The notes below the pieces were generated by a model that had not been told where the DNA came from, ran no database searches, and saw only the letters and a program-made list of their open reading frames with translations. Below, piece after piece: positions 1 through 10,182 of a DNA stretch of 64,000 nucleotides (the stretch's first letter is position 1; every line of letters starts with the position of its first letter). Source of the stretch: an uncultured Nitrososphaerota archaeon. Its GTDB lineage: Archaea; Thermoproteota; Methanomethylicia; Methanomethylicales; Methanomethylicaceae. Both the position numbers and the translations under genes were made by a program. The stretch covers positions 25,811 through 89,810 of the forward strand of contig CAZTWF010000106.1 of the NCBI GenBank assembly GCA_964617245.1. Reading direction: 5' to 3'.

Positions 1-1916
1 TCAACAGCAATATGAAATTGATATTTCTCCATTGCATCATCTACAATAACTATAGTATTTCTTAATTTTGCTAGAATCCATTTATCTATATCATTAAGTT
101 TAGTAATATCAATTTCTTTTTTAGCATCTCTTATAAATTGACTAGCAAATCTAACTGATGACCATATTTTTTGTAAAAAAGATTTTCCATGTTTTACAGG
201 TTCCCATTTAAATGGAAAATCAGAACCTAATGTAAGAGATAATAATGCCTGTCTTAGAGCATCTGCTCCATATTTCTCTATACCTTCTTCTGGCATTATT
301 ACATTACCCTTTGATTTTGACATTCTTGTTCCATCAGGTCCTAGTATATGACCATTTATAACTACATTTTTAAATGGACCTTTTTCTGTTATTATTTTAC
401 ATCTCAATATTGTATAATATAACCAAGTTCTAATAATATCATGACCTTGTTGTCTTAAGTCCACAGGATATGTTCTATTAAAAAATGTCTTATCTTCAAA
501 AAATTTAGTAATGATTAGTGGTGTAATACTAGAGTCTACCCAACAATCACATACATCAGAAGTTCCTGAGATATTTTTACTTCCACATTTTGGACAAAAA
601 TCAATAGGTGGCTTATCTTTTGTTGTATCTACTGGAAGTTGTTCTTTTTTTGGTGGAATTATAAATCCACAATTTTCACAATACCAAAATGGTATAGGTG
701 TTCCAAATATTCTTTGTCTAGATATTACCCAATCCCATTCTATATTATTAATCCATTCTATTAATCTTTGTTTCATATATTTTGGAATCCAATTCATCTT
801 TTCCTCTTCTTCAATCATCATTTCTTTAAAATCTTTAGATTTAATAAACCACTGATCTTTTATAATAAATTCAATTGGAGTCATACAATCTGATCTTTCA
901 ATATGAACTAAGACATTATGAAGAATCTCCTCTTCTTTAGTTATAAGTCCTAATCTCTTTAAATCTTCTACAATTTCTTTTCTTGCTTCTATAATACTCA
1001 TACCTGAATATTTACCAGAATTTATGATCTTTCCTTCTTCATTTATTGCTGTGATAATAGGAAGACTATATCTTTGTTGCCATCTTATATCTTGTTCATC
1101 TCCATAAGTACAGATCATTACAATACCTGTTCCAAAATTAGGATCTACATCATCATCCTCTAAGACTTTTACTTTATTTCCAAATATTGGAACTTCAACT
1201 TCTTTATTGATCAAACTTTTATATCTTTCATCATTTGGATTTATTGCAATTGCTACACATGCACTTAATAATTCAGGTCTTGTTGTAGCAATTTCTATAA
1301 ATTCATTATTAGTAATTTTGAATTTTATATAGTATAATTTACCTCTTTTTTGTATATATCCAACTTCAGCTTGTGAAAGAGCAGTTCCACATTTACTACA
1401 CCAATGAACTGGAAATTTCTTTCTATAGATTAATCCTTTTTCATACATTATTAATAATGTATATTGAACAGCTTTCCAATACTCTTTATCCATTGTTTTA
1501 TATTCAAATTGTTCCCAATCAGGCCTATATCCTATTCTTATCATTGCTTTCTTCATACTTTTAATCATATTATTTGTCCATTCTACACATTTACTTCTAA
1601 ATAATTCTCTATTTTCCTTTGGTATTCCTAATTTATATTGAACTTTAAGTTCTGTTGGAAGTCCTTGAGAATCCCATCCTTGAGGTAAAAGAACATCAAA
1701 TCCCTTCATTCTTTTATATCTTGCTATAGTATCATTTAATATACACCAATAAGCATGACCCATATGAAGTTCTCCAGATGTAAAAGGAGGAGGAGTATCT
1801 ATTACAAATACAGGTTTTCCATTATTTTTAAATTTGAAAACAGGATAATATTCTTTACTTAACCATATTTTTTGCCATTTTTCTTCAATATCTTTTGGAG
1901 AGTATACTTTTTCCAA
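1..1916 (-). CDS. valS: Valyl-tRNA synthetase (3' end runs out of window; TTG start)
   Basis: Manual translation: DTPPPFTSGELHMGH, GWDSQGLPTE, RMSKSKGN; SD AAGGAGG upstream of TTG at 1916; frame still open at position 1. Confidence 0.95.
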   Translation of the reverse strand, partial: MEKVYSPKDIEEKWQKIWLSKEYYPVFKFKNNGKPVFVIDTPPPFTSGELHMGHAYWCILNDTIARYKRMKGFDVLLPQGWDSQGLPTELKVQYKLGIPKENRELFRSKCVEWTNNMIKSMKKAMIRIGYRPDWEQFEYKTMDKEYWKAVQYTLLIMYEKGLIYRKKFPVHWCSKCGTALSQAEVGYIQKRGKLYYIKFKITNNEFIEIATTRPELLSACVAIAINPNDERYKSLINKEVEVPIFGNKVKVLEDDDVDPNFGTGIVMICTYGDEQDIRWQQRYSLPIITAINEEGKIINSGKYSGMSIIEARKEIVEDLKRLGLITKEEEILHNVLVHIERSDCMTPIEFIIKDQWFIKSKDFKEMMIEEEEKMNWIPKYMKQRLIEWINNIEWDWVISRQRIFGTPIPFWYCENCGFIIPPKKEQLPVDTTKDKPPIDFCPKCGSKNISGTSDVCDCWVDSSITPLIITKFFEDKTFFNRTYPVDLRQQGHDIIRTWLYYTILRCKIITEKGPFKNVVINGHILGPDGTRMSKSKGNVIMPEEGIEKYGADALRQALLSLTLGSDFPFKWEPVKHGKSFLQKIWSSVRFASQFIRDAKKEIDITKLNDIDKWILAKLRNTIVIVDDAMEKYQFHIAV

Positions 1917-1947
1917 AAATTGTCCTCCTTAATGTTAAACTATTCTC

Positions 1948-2304
1948 TTATTTTTTAATCATTTCTCTTTCATCTATTGCTTTAATTGCTTTTAGTGCAA
2001 ATTCAGCTTCCATTCTATCTATTTCTTCTTCAAAATGTCTTACACCATTACGTTGAATTTCTTTTAGAACTTCTCTTATTTCTTTACCCCATCTTTTTTC
2101 AATATCTCTTATTTTTGCTATAAAGTAACTTTTAGAAAATCCCATGGTTTCTTCTACACATGGTGGAGCTTCAATATTTAAAATTTTACAAACCTCTATT
2201 AAAGCTAAACATATTGACGGATCTCTTTCAGCTGGACATCTATCTTCACAATAACTTTTAGCATATTTAATTATTCTTCTGAGGTCTGTCTCATCTATTT
2301 CCAT
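1948..2304 (-). CDS. Hypothetical Cys-containing protein
   Basis: 118-aa ORF, SD GAGGTGA, directly upstream of valS on the same strand. Confidence 0.75.
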   Translation of the reverse strand: MEIDETDLRRIIKYAKSYCEDRCPAERDPSICLALIEVCKILNIEAPPCVEETMGFSKSYFIAKIRDIEKRWGKEIREVLKEIQRNGVRHFEEEIDRMEAEFALKAIKAIDEREMIKK

Positions 2305-2319
2305 ATAAATTCACCTCTT

Positions 2320-2383
2320 TGGCCTCTGACTGTTCTTTTCTGCATCCTTTACTCTGCGAACTCGGCAAACTCATCATTGGCCA
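2320..2383 (-). ncRNA. C/D box guide sRNA (probable 23S rRNA target)
   Basis: Minus strand: TGGCC/GGCCA terminal stem, box C ATGATGA, D' CAGA, C'-like ATGCAGA, D CAGA; D' guide GTTTGCCGAGTTC complementary to conserved 23S GAACUCGGCAAA. Confidence 0.8.
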
Positions 2384-2453
2384 TAAACAAAATACACAGA
2401 GGATAGAAATAAATTTTTTTAGTTAAATTTATTTTTTAATATATGGTGGGATC

Positions 2454-2534
2454 ATGGGAGGAAGACAAAGAACTACTATACTAGAATCAATAAGTAAAGA
2501 AGAAAGAGGAGAGAAAAAAGAAAAGAAGAAATAG
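2454..2534 (+). CDS. Putative 26-aa small protein MGGRQRTTILESISKEERGEKKEKKK
   Basis: SD-like GGTGGG before ATG; stop lies 1 nt before the next ATG (2536); purine-rich coding-like composition. Confidence 0.45.
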   Translation: MGGRQRTTILESISKEERGEKKEKKK

Positions 2535-2535
2535 T

Positions 2536-3357
2536 ATGTCTTTAAAAAGAAATTATAATTTAACAATATGTATTCCTTCTTCTATAGTTTCTTTAGTTGA
2601 TACTCTTATTGAGAAAACCATACTTATTGGACAAATTGCTAGGACTATTTCCATCTACAGAGTAAACAGAATTTTAATTTATATGGATTCAGAAAAAAAG
2701 GATCTATTTTTCATAAAAGAATTATTAGAATATTTAGAAACTCCACAATATCTTAGAAAATATTTATTTCCTATAAGTAAAAATCTTAGATATGCTGGTT
2801 ATTTACCACCATTAAGAACACCACATCATCCAACAATAGACTCTGATATTGAATATAGAGAAGGTTTTGTAATAGAGAGTAATGAGAGAGGATCTATTGT
2901 AGATATAGGATTCAAGGAACCAATAACTTGTCCATATCCTCTTATACGTAATAAAAGAATTTCTTTAAAGAAAGAAAAGGAAACATGGATTCCAGTAAAA
3001 AAAGAAGAGATTCCATATTATTGGGGATATGAGGTAATTATAGATCTAAAGGGTTTACATAATCACTTAGTCAAATATAATTATGATTATATTATAGCAA
3101 CTTCTAGATATGGAAAACCAATAAATATAGTATTTAATGAAATTAAAAAAATGCTTCAACCTGGTAAAAATATAGCAATTCTATTTGGTTCTCCACGAGA
3201 AGGATTACATAATATTTTCCTTAAATATTCATTAAATCTTGAAGATTATTGTGATATTATAGTTAATATGGTTCCAAATCAAGGAACACAAACTATAAGA
3301 ACAGAAGAAGCTTTAATGATTTCATTAGCTATTTTGTCCTTTATTGATGAGATCTAA
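2536..3357 (+). CDS. SPOUT-family RNA methyltransferase (DUF171/SPOUT1-like)
   Basis: YLETPQYLRK, LPPLRTPHH, NMVPNQGTQTIRTEEA; usual position before uL3. Confidence 0.9.
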   Translation: MSLKRNYNLTICIPSSIVSLVDTLIEKTILIGQIARTISIYRVNRILIYMDSEKKDLFFIKELLEYLETPQYLRKYLFPISKNLRYAGYLPPLRTPHHPTIDSDIEYREGFVIESNERGSIVDIGFKEPITCPYPLIRNKRISLKKEKETWIPVKKEEIPYYWGYEVIIDLKGLHNHLVKYNYDYIIATSRYGKPINIVFNEIKKMLQPGKNIAILFGSPREGLHNIFLKYSLNLEDYCDIIVNMVPNQGTQTIRTEEALMISLAILSFIDEI

Positions 3358-3520
3358 AATATTTTTTAATTTTATCTTGTTATAAACAATATTTTCAAAA
3401 TCTATAGGTTTAAATATATAAATATTACAAGCTATAAAACTAATAAGATAAAATTTCTAATGGATAGAAATATATTTTAGTTTGTTAGCTTAGCGAATTA
3501 TAGCTAGAAGGGAAGATAAA

Positions 3521-4531
3521 ATGGGTCATAGGAAAAAGAAAGCTCCAAGAAGAGGCTCATTAATGTATTATCCTAGAGTAAGAGCTAGACGTATAACTGG
3601 TAGAATAAGGACTTGGCCAAAGATAACTGGTCCTCCACGTTTATTAGGTTTTGCTGGTTATAAAGTTGGAACAACTCATGTAGTTTTAATTGAAAATAGA
3701 CCTAAAAGTCCACTTTATGGAAAAGAAGTCATAAAAGAAGTAACTATTGTAGAAGTTCCTCCTATATTTGTATATGGTATTAGAGCTTATATTAAGACTA
3801 TAAAGGGATTAAAGACATTAACTGAGGTTTTACATACTTCACTTCCAAAATATGCTGAACGTATAATAACTATTCCAAAGAAGAAAGATTTTTCAGAAAA
3901 TATACGAAAAATAGAGGAAAATTTAGATAAAATCACTGAAATAAGAATTTTAGCATTAACTCAACCACATAAAAGTGGTTTAAGAAAGAAAACTCCTGAA
4001 GTGCTAGAAATAGCAATTGGAGGAAATGATATAAAGGCTATATATAATTATGCAAAAAATCTATTAGGTAAAGAAGTTAAAGCAAAGGAATTCTTTTCTG
4101 AGGGATTATTAGTAGATGTTATTGCTGTAACAAAAGGTAAGGGATTTGTTGGTGTAGTAAAAAGATTTGGTGTAAAGATTCTTCCAAAATGGCATAAACA
4201 TAGAAAAGGACATAGAGTTGTAGGTGCAATAAGTCCTGGTCATCCATCTATGGTATTTACTGTTCCACGTCCTGGAAAAATGGGTTTCCATCAAAGAACT
4301 GAATATAATAAACTTGTTCTTAAGATTGGAGAAAATCCATCAGAAGTTAATGTAGCAGGTGGATATTTACATTATGGATTAGTAAGAGGAGATTATATAG
4401 TAATAGCTGGAACAATTCCAGGTCCTCCAAAAAGATTAATAAGATTTAGATTAGCAATAAGAGCAAAAGAAAAACAATTACCACCTCCAAAAATTACAGC
4501 TATAAGCCTATCATCAAAACAAGGGGTGTAA
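3521..4531 (+). CDS. rpl3: 50S ribosomal protein uL3
   Basis: APRRGSL, GFAGYKVGTTH, GKMGFHQRTEYNK. Confidence 0.98.
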   Translation: MGHRKKKAPRRGSLMYYPRVRARRITGRIRTWPKITGPPRLLGFAGYKVGTTHVVLIENRPKSPLYGKEVIKEVTIVEVPPIFVYGIRAYIKTIKGLKTLTEVLHTSLPKYAERIITIPKKKDFSENIRKIEENLDKITEIRILALTQPHKSGLRKKTPEVLEIAIGGNDIKAIYNYAKNLLGKEVKAKEFFSEGLLVDVIAVTKGKGFVGVVKRFGVKILPKWHKHRKGHRVVGAISPGHPSMVFTVPRPGKMGFHQRTEYNKLVLKIGENPSEVNVAGGYLHYGLVRGDYIVIAGTIPGPPKRLIRFRLAIRAKEKQLPPPKITAISLSSKQGV

Positions 4532-4534
4532 AAA

Positions 4535-5305
4535 TTGTCAGTTGTTCCAATTTATTCTATAGATGGAAGTATTAAAGGAGAAATAAAATTACCTAGTATA
4601 TTTTTTGAAGATATTAGACCTGATTTAATAAGAAGAGCTGTTATTTCATCTATTACTGCAAGAATACAACCAAAGGGAAGAGATCCAATGGCTGGAAAAA
4701 GAACTACTGCAGAAAGTTTAGGAGTAGGATTTGATTTATCAAGAGTTCCACGTATAAAAGGAAGTATTCGTGCAGCTTTTGCTCCTTGTGTTGTAAAAGG
4801 AAGATTAGCTTTTCCACCAAAAACTGAAAAAATAATTCATGAAAAAATAAATAAAAAAGAAAGAAAACTTGCTCTAAGATCTGCTATTGCAGCTACTGCT
4901 ATTAGAGAATGGGTAATAAAGAGAGGTCATATAATTAAAGATGGTCTCTCTCTTCCAATAGTTGTCTCAGATGAAATTAAGAATATTAAGAAAGCAAAAG
5001 AATTTAGAGAATTTTTAATGAAATTATCCTTATGGGATGATGTTATTAGAGCAAAAGAGGGAATAAGAGAACGAGCTGGAAAGGGTAAACGAAGAGGAAG
5101 ACGATGGAAAAAACCAAAGAGTATATTATTAGTAACTGATGAATTAAATACACCATTAAGATTAGCTGCAAGAAATTTTTCAGGCTTAGATTATTCTGAT
5201 ATTCATTCTTTAAATGTAGAAATTTTAGCACCTGGAGGTCATCCTGGTAGACTTACTATTTGGACTGAATCTGCTATAAAAAAACTTGAGGAGGTATTTG
5301 CTTAA
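4535..5305 (+). CDS. rpl4: 50S ribosomal protein uL4
   Basis: IRPDLIRRA, GKRTTAES, LAPGGHPGRLTIWT. Confidence 0.98.
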   Translation: MSVVPIYSIDGSIKGEIKLPSIFFEDIRPDLIRRAVISSITARIQPKGRDPMAGKRTTAESLGVGFDLSRVPRIKGSIRAAFAPCVVKGRLAFPPKTEKIIHEKINKKERKLALRSAIAATAIREWVIKRGHIIKDGLSLPIVVSDEIKNIKKAKEFREFLMKLSLWDDVIRAKEGIRERAGKGKRRGRRWKKPKSILLVTDELNTPLRLAARNFSGLDYSDIHSLNVEILAPGGHPGRLTIWTESAIKKLEEVFA

Positions 5306-5566
5306 ATGGATCCTTATGAAATAATCATAAGACCTGTATCTACAGAGTCTGCTCTTGAAAGAATAGAAAAAGAAAATAAATTAACATTTATTGTGAATCT
5401 CAAAGCAAATAAAAAAATGATAAAAGATGCTTTTGAGAAATTATATAATGTAAAAATAGAAAAAGTGAATACACTTATTACATCATCAGGTGAAAAGAAA
5501 GCAATAATAAAACTTAAAAAGGAGTATAGTGCTGCAGAATTAGCAACAAAATTAGGTTTATTGTAG
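5306..5566 (+). CDS. rpl23: 50S ribosomal protein uL23
   Basis: [22 protein letters not shown]. Confidence 0.97.
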   Translation: MDPYEIIIRPVSTESALERIEKENKLTFIVNLKANKKMIKDAFEKLYNVKIEKVNTLITSSGEKKAIIKLKKEYSAAELATKLGLL

Positions 5567-5575
5567 GTGATAAAT

Positions 5576-6286
5576 ATGGGAAAACGTTTATTGGTTCAAA
5601 GAAGAGGTCGTGGAACTTCTATATTTAAATCACCATCATGGAAACGTATTGGAGAAGTTCATTATCCTCCTATGACAGATTCTCCTACTGAATTTATTGT
5701 AAAAGATATAGTTCATGATCCAGGTAGAGGTGCACCATTAGCTATAATTAAAGATAATAAAGGCACAGAGGCTATTATAGTTGCACCTGAGGGTTTATTT
5801 GTAGGACAAAAAATCTCTATTGGTCCTACATCTTCAATTAATGTAGGAAATATTTTACCACTTAGAGATATACCTGATGGTACTCAAGTTTTTAATATTG
5901 AAGGAAGACCAGGTGATGGTGGAAAATTTGTTAGAACAGCTGGAAGTTATGCTACTATTATTTCACACTCTGGTAATAATGTATTAGTTCAATTACCATC
6001 TGGAAAAGTTAAATCTTTTAATGAATTATGTAGAGCTACAATAGGTATTGTAGCAGCTGGAGGTATAATAGAGAAACCATTATTAAAGGCTGGAGCAAAA
6101 TATTATAAATGTAAAGCAAAATCAATTAAATATCCTACTGTGAGAGGAAAAGCTATGAATCCATGTTCACATCCTCATGGTGGTGGCTCTCATCCAAAGG
6201 GTGGTACTCCTGTTGGTAGAACTGCTCCACCAGGACAAAAAGTAGGTATTATTGCACCTAAAAGAACTGGTAGGAAAAAGAGGTGA
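5576..6286 (+). CDS. rpl2: 50S ribosomal protein uL2
   Basis: [35 protein letters not shown] before ATG 5576. Confidence 0.98.
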   Translation: MGKRLLVQRRGRGTSIFKSPSWKRIGEVHYPPMTDSPTEFIVKDIVHDPGRGAPLAIIKDNKGTEAIIVAPEGLFVGQKISIGPTSSINVGNILPLRDIPDGTQVFNIEGRPGDGGKFVRTAGSYATIISHSGNNVLVQLPSGKVKSFNELCRATIGIVAAGGIIEKPLLKAGAKYYKCKAKSIKYPTVRGKAMNPCSHPHGGGSHPKGGTPVGRTAPPGQKVGIIAPKRTGRKKR

Positions 6287-6290
6287 TAAT

Positions 6291-6686
6291 ATGTCTAGAG
6301 AATTTACATATAGAGGTTATAATTTATCACAATTACTCAATATGCCAATGGATGAATTTATTAAACTTCTTCCAAGTAGACAAAGAAGATCTTTAATGAG
6401 AGGTTTAACACCAGAACAAAAGAAATTAATTAAGAAAATAAGAAAAGTAAAAGCATTAGGAAAAAAAGTTGCTATAAGAACTCATTGTAGAGATATGATA
6501 ATATTACCAGAAATGGTAGGATTAACTATATGTGTTCATAATGGAAAGGAATTTGTTCCTGTAGAAATAATTCCAGAAATGATTGGTCATTATCTTGGAG
6601 AATTTGCTATTACTACTGCTAGAGTTATACATGGAGCTCCAGGACTTAAAGCAACAAGAAGCTCTATGTTTGTTCCACTAAAGTAA
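6291..6686 (+). CDS. rps19: 30S ribosomal protein uS19
   Basis: [32 protein letters not shown] before ATG 6291. Confidence 0.98.
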   Translation: MSREFTYRGYNLSQLLNMPMDEFIKLLPSRQRRSLMRGLTPEQKKLIKKIRKVKALGKKVAIRTHCRDMIILPEMVGLTICVHNGKEFVPVEIIPEMIGHYLGEFAITTARVIHGAPGLKATRSSMFVPLK

Positions 6687-6722
6687 TTATTTTTATTATA
6701 TGGAAGAATATTGAGATTATTT

Positions 6723-6738
6723 AAAAAACTTTTTATAT
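6723..6738 (+). promoter_or_regulatory. Putative internal BRE/TATA promoter before uL22
   Basis: AAAAAACTTTTTATAT in a 93-nt gap, about 40 nt upstream of the ATG. Confidence 0.4.
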
Positions 6739-6779
6739 TTCTCACAATTCTTTAGCTTGTAATATGTGGAAGTGGTTTA

Positions 6780-7256
6780 ATGCCTGAGTGGGGTTACTCT
6801 ATTCAAAATTATGATCCTGAAAGAATGGCAAAAGCTAGTGGTAGAGATCTTCATATTTCAACTAAAGAAGCTGTAGAAATATGTAATGTCATAAGAAATA
6901 TGAAATTAGATGAAGCTATTGAGTATTTAAAAAGAGTAATAGAGAAGAAAGAAGTCATACCGTATAGACGTTATAGAAAACAATTACCTCATCGTTCAGG
7001 TATTGGTGAAAGATTTGGTATTCCTACAGGTAGATATCCTATTAAAGCATGTAAAGCAATTTTAAAAGTTCTAGAAAATGCTAAAGTAAATGCTGAAAAT
7101 AAAGGTTTAAATATTGAAAATTTGAGAATTTGTCATGCAGCTGCACATAAAGGATTGAGGATAAGAAGTTATTTTCCAAGAGCATTTGGAAGAGTTGATC
7201 CTATTCGCCATCCATTAACACATGTAGAAATTGTTGTTGAAGAGGTGGGCAAATGA
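6780..7256 (+). CDS. rpl22: 50S ribosomal protein uL22
   Basis: AKASGRDLHIS, GRYPIKA, PRAFGR. Confidence 0.97.
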   Translation: MPEWGYSIQNYDPERMAKASGRDLHISTKEAVEICNVIRNMKLDEAIEYLKRVIEKKEVIPYRRYRKQLPHRSGIGERFGIPTGRYPIKACKAILKVLENAKVNAENKGLNIENLRICHAAAHKGLRIRSYFPRAFGRVDPIRHPLTHVEIVVEEVGK

Positions 7257-7891
7257 GTATAGCTAAATATTTTATAAATAAAGCAATAAAAAATGCTTTA
7301 ATTGATGATTATTTACAAAAGGAACTTAGAAGAGCAGGATATGCTGGTGTAGATTTTCAAAGAACCCCATTAGGTAATAGAGTTATAATATATGCAGAGA
7401 GACCAGGCTTAGTAATAGGAAGACAAGGAGCTACAATTAGAGAATTAGCTCACATATTAGAAATGAAATTTGGACTAGAAAATCCACAAATAGCAGTAGT
7501 TCCAGTTCAAAATCCTGAACTTAATGCTAAAATTATGGCTAATAGAATTGCCATGGCTCTTGAAAGAGGAATTCATTTTAGAAGAGCTGCATTTGTAGCA
7601 TTAAGACAAATAATGGAAGCTGGGGCACGTGGTGCTGAAATAGTTATAAGAGGTAAGTTAGTAAGTGAAAGAGCTAGATATGAGAAATTTAGAGCTGGAG
7701 TTATTCTTAAAGCAGGAGAACCAAGTATGTATGCTGTTGATAAGGCTGTAACTCATGTTTTATTAAAGCCTGGTGTTTATGGTATAAAAGTTAAAATATT
7801 TTTACCAGTCCCTACTGTTGATGATATATCAATAGTAAGAGGTGAAGAAGTTGGCAATACTCAGAGTAAAGGAGATCAGGAGCATGAGTAA
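7253..7891 (+). CDS. rps3: 30S ribosomal protein uS3
   Basis: RAGYAG, RPGLVIGRQG, GVYGIKVKI. Confidence 0.98.
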   Translation: MSIAKYFINKAIKNALIDDYLQKELRRAGYAGVDFQRTPLGNRVIIYAERPGLVIGRQGATIRELAHILEMKFGLENPQIAVVPVQNPELNAKIMANRIAMALERGIHFRRAAFVALRQIMEAGARGAEIVIRGKLVSERARYEKFRAGVILKAGEPSMYAVDKAVTHVLLKPGVYGIKVKIFLPVPTVDDISIVRGEEVGNTQSKGDQEHE

Positions 7892-8063
7892 AGAAGAAAG
7901 ATTAAAGAAGCTCTCTGAATTAAAAGCAGAGTTAATTAAGCTTAGAACTCTTCAGGCTATTGGTGGATCTTTAGAAAATCCTTCAAGAATAAAACTAATT
8001 AGAAAGACTATTGCAAGAATTTTAACTATAAATAGAGAAGAAGAATTGAAGAAGGGAGGATAA
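7851..8063 (+). CDS. rpl29: 50S ribosomal protein uL29
   Basis: LRVKEIRSMS, ENPSRIKLIRKTIARILT; TTG after SD GGTGA. Confidence 0.95.
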   Translation: MAILRVKEIRSMSKEERLKKLSELKAELIKLRTLQAIGGSLENPSRIKLIRKTIARILTINREEELKKGG

Positions 8064-8359
8064 TGAAGATTTCTCCAGATAATATTATTTATCATGATCT
8101 TATAGGACTTAAAGTAGAGATTATTAGTTCTACTGATCCTACTCAAATAGGAATATGTGGAACTGTAATTGATGAAACTAAAAATATGTTAATAATATTA
8201 AAAGAAGATGGGAAAATTAAAAAAATTCCAAAAAAGAATTGTAATTTTAAATTCTATATTCCTCAAGTTGTAATTGTTAATGGAAAAGATATAGCATATG
8301 ATCCTGCAGAGAGATTAAAGAGAATTCAGAGGAGGAGAGTTTATGTTTCAAAGTACTGA
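8063..8359 (+). CDS. rnp1: RNase P protein Rpp29/POP4
   Basis: [21 protein letters not shown]; position between uL29 and uS17. Confidence 0.93.
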   Translation: MKISPDNIIYHDLIGLKVEIISSTDPTQIGICGTVIDETKNMLIILKEDGKIKKIPKKNCNFKFYIPQVVIVNGKDIAYDPAERLKRIQRRRVYVSKY

Positions 8360-8684
8360 AAAACCTAAAGTTTCTTGTTCTGATAAAAAATGCCCATTTC
8401 ATGGTAATATATCAATTAGAGGCAAAATATTAACTGGAAAAGTAGTAAGTGATAGAATGCAAAGAACAGTCGTAGTACAAGTAGATTACTTAAAATATTA
8501 TCCTAAATATAAAAGATATGCAAGATGTAGATCAAAAATTCATGCTCATAATTCTCCATGTATTGCAGCAAAAAAAGGAGATATTGTCAAAATAGCAGAA
8601 TGTCGCCCATTAAGTAAGACTGTATCATTTGTAGTTATAGAGAAAATTGGTGAAGGAGCATGGCAAAAAGAGGAAAAGGTTTAG
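8343..8684 (+). CDS. rps17: 30S ribosomal protein uS17
   Basis: [24 protein letters not shown]. Confidence 0.97.
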   Translation: MFQSTEKPKVSCSDKKCPFHGNISIRGKILTGKVVSDRMQRTVVVQVDYLKYYPKYKRYARCRSKIHAHNSPCIAAKKGDIVKIAECRPLSKTVSFVVIEKIGEGAWQKEEKV

Positions 8685-9088
8685 CTGGAGGAATTACATA
8701 TCGTCCAGGAGTAAGTCCTGGATTACCAATTGGAGCATATCTTAATTGTGCAGATAATAGTGGAGCTAAGATATTACAAATTATTGGTATTCCAAAATTA
8801 AAAGGAAGATTAAGACGTCTTGTTTCAGCAGGAGTTGGTGATAAAGTTATAGTTACAGTTAAAGAAGGAAAACCTGAAGTTAGACATCAAATCTTACATG
8901 CTGTTATAATAAGACAAAGAAAACCCTATAGAAGAATGGATGGAACATGGATTCAATTTGAAGATAATGCTGCTGTAATAGTTACTGAAGATGGTGAATG
9001 TAAAGGAACTGAAATAAGAGGACCTGTTGCAAAAGAAGCTGCTGAAAGATGGCCAAGAGTAGCAGGTTTAGCTTCTATAATTGTTTGA
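8660..9088 (+). CDS. rpl14: 50S ribosomal protein uL14
   Basis: [28 protein letters not shown]. Confidence 0.98.
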   Translation: MAKRGKGLAGGITYRPGVSPGLPIGAYLNCADNSGAKILQIIGIPKLKGRLRRLVSAGVGDKVIVTVKEGKPEVRHQILHAVIIRQRKPYRRMDGTWIQFEDNAAVIVTEDGECKGTEIRGPVAKEAAERWPRVAGLASIIV

Positions 9089-9099
9089 GGTGAATTAAA

Positions 9100-9450
9100 G
9101 TGAGTAAACTTGTTATTCCACATCATAAAAGAATTAAAATGATGAAAGCTCCATTATCTAAAGAATTAAGAGAAAAATATGGTATTAGAAATGCTATTGT
9201 TAGAAAAGGAGATACTGTATTAGTTATGAGAGGAGATTATAAAGGACATGAAGGAAAAGTATTATCTGTTGATCCTTCAAAAATGAGAATTACAATTGAA
9301 GGTATAAATATTAAAAAAGCAGATGGATCTCTTCGTCCTGTATATATTCATCCATCTAAGGTTATGATAACAAAATTAGATCTAACTGATAAAAAAAGAA
9401 AAGAAAAAATTGAAAAACTTGAAAAGATGGAAAAAGGTGAAATGAATTGA
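9100..9450 (+). CDS. rpl24: 50S ribosomal protein uL24
   Basis: APLSKELREKYG, KGDTVLVMRG, IHPSKVMITKL. Confidence 0.96.
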   Translation: MSKLVIPHHKRIKMMKAPLSKELREKYGIRNAIVRKGDTVLVMRGDYKGHEGKVLSVDPSKMRITIEGINIKKADGSLRPVYIHPSKVMITKLDLTDKKRKEKIEKLEKMEKGEMN

Positions 9451-10181
9451 AAAAACATTTAAAAACATACCCTTCACCACGTTTTTGGCATATAAAAATA
9501 AAAGAAAGTGAATTTACTATAAGACCTTCTCCAGGACCACATCCATTAAGATTTTGTATTCCACTAGGAATAATTGTAAGAGATATTCTAAAATATGCTC
9601 TTACACTCTCTGAAGCAAAGAAAATACTTTCTGAAAGGAAGATTATGGTTGATGGAAAGATTAGAACAGATTATAAATTTCCAGTAGGATTAATGGATGT
9701 AATCCATGTAATTCCATCAGATGAATATTTTAGAGTCCTTCCACATCCAGTAAAGATCTTAACTTTATTTAGAATTCCTCCTGAAGAAGCCTCATATAAG
9801 CTTGTTAGAATTATTGGAAAGCGAACTGTTAAGAGAGGGCATATTCAATTAAACTTTCATGATGGTCGCTGTCATGTTATAAAACTCGAGGATCCTTTTA
9901 ATCATAATATTTCATATAAAATTTATGATAGTATGAAGATAAGCTTACCTGAAGCAGAAATTATTGACTATATCTCACTTAATAAAGACTCTATTGTATC
10001 TATTATTGGTGGAAGTAACATAGGTAAATATGGAAAAGTTTTAGAACCTCCAAAAACTAGAAGTCCAGAACAACTAGTAAAAGTAGCTTTTGATAGTACT
10101 GAGAAAGATATTATTCTTAAATACATATTCCCAATAGGAAAAGAAAGTCCATCAATAAAAATTGATGGAGAAGTGCTTTAA
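9447..10181 (+). CDS. rps4e: 30S ribosomal protein eS4
   Basis: PSPGPH, VDGKIRTDYKFPVGLMDVI, QLNFHDGR. Confidence 0.97.
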   Translation: MKKHLKTYPSPRFWHIKIKESEFTIRPSPGPHPLRFCIPLGIIVRDILKYALTLSEAKKILSERKIMVDGKIRTDYKFPVGLMDVIHVIPSDEYFRVLPHPVKILTLFRIPPEEASYKLVRIIGKRTVKRGHIQLNFHDGRCHVIKLEDPFNHNISYKIYDSMKISLPEAEIIDYISLNKDSIVSIIGGSNIGKYGKVLEPPKTRSPEQLVKVAFDSTEKDIILKYIFPIGKESPSIKIDGEVL

Positions 10182-10182
10182 T

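Noticed and set aside
511..1564. Plus-strand ORFs 511-855 and 1373-1564
   Set aside because: Antisense to valS; no SD or recognisable motifs.
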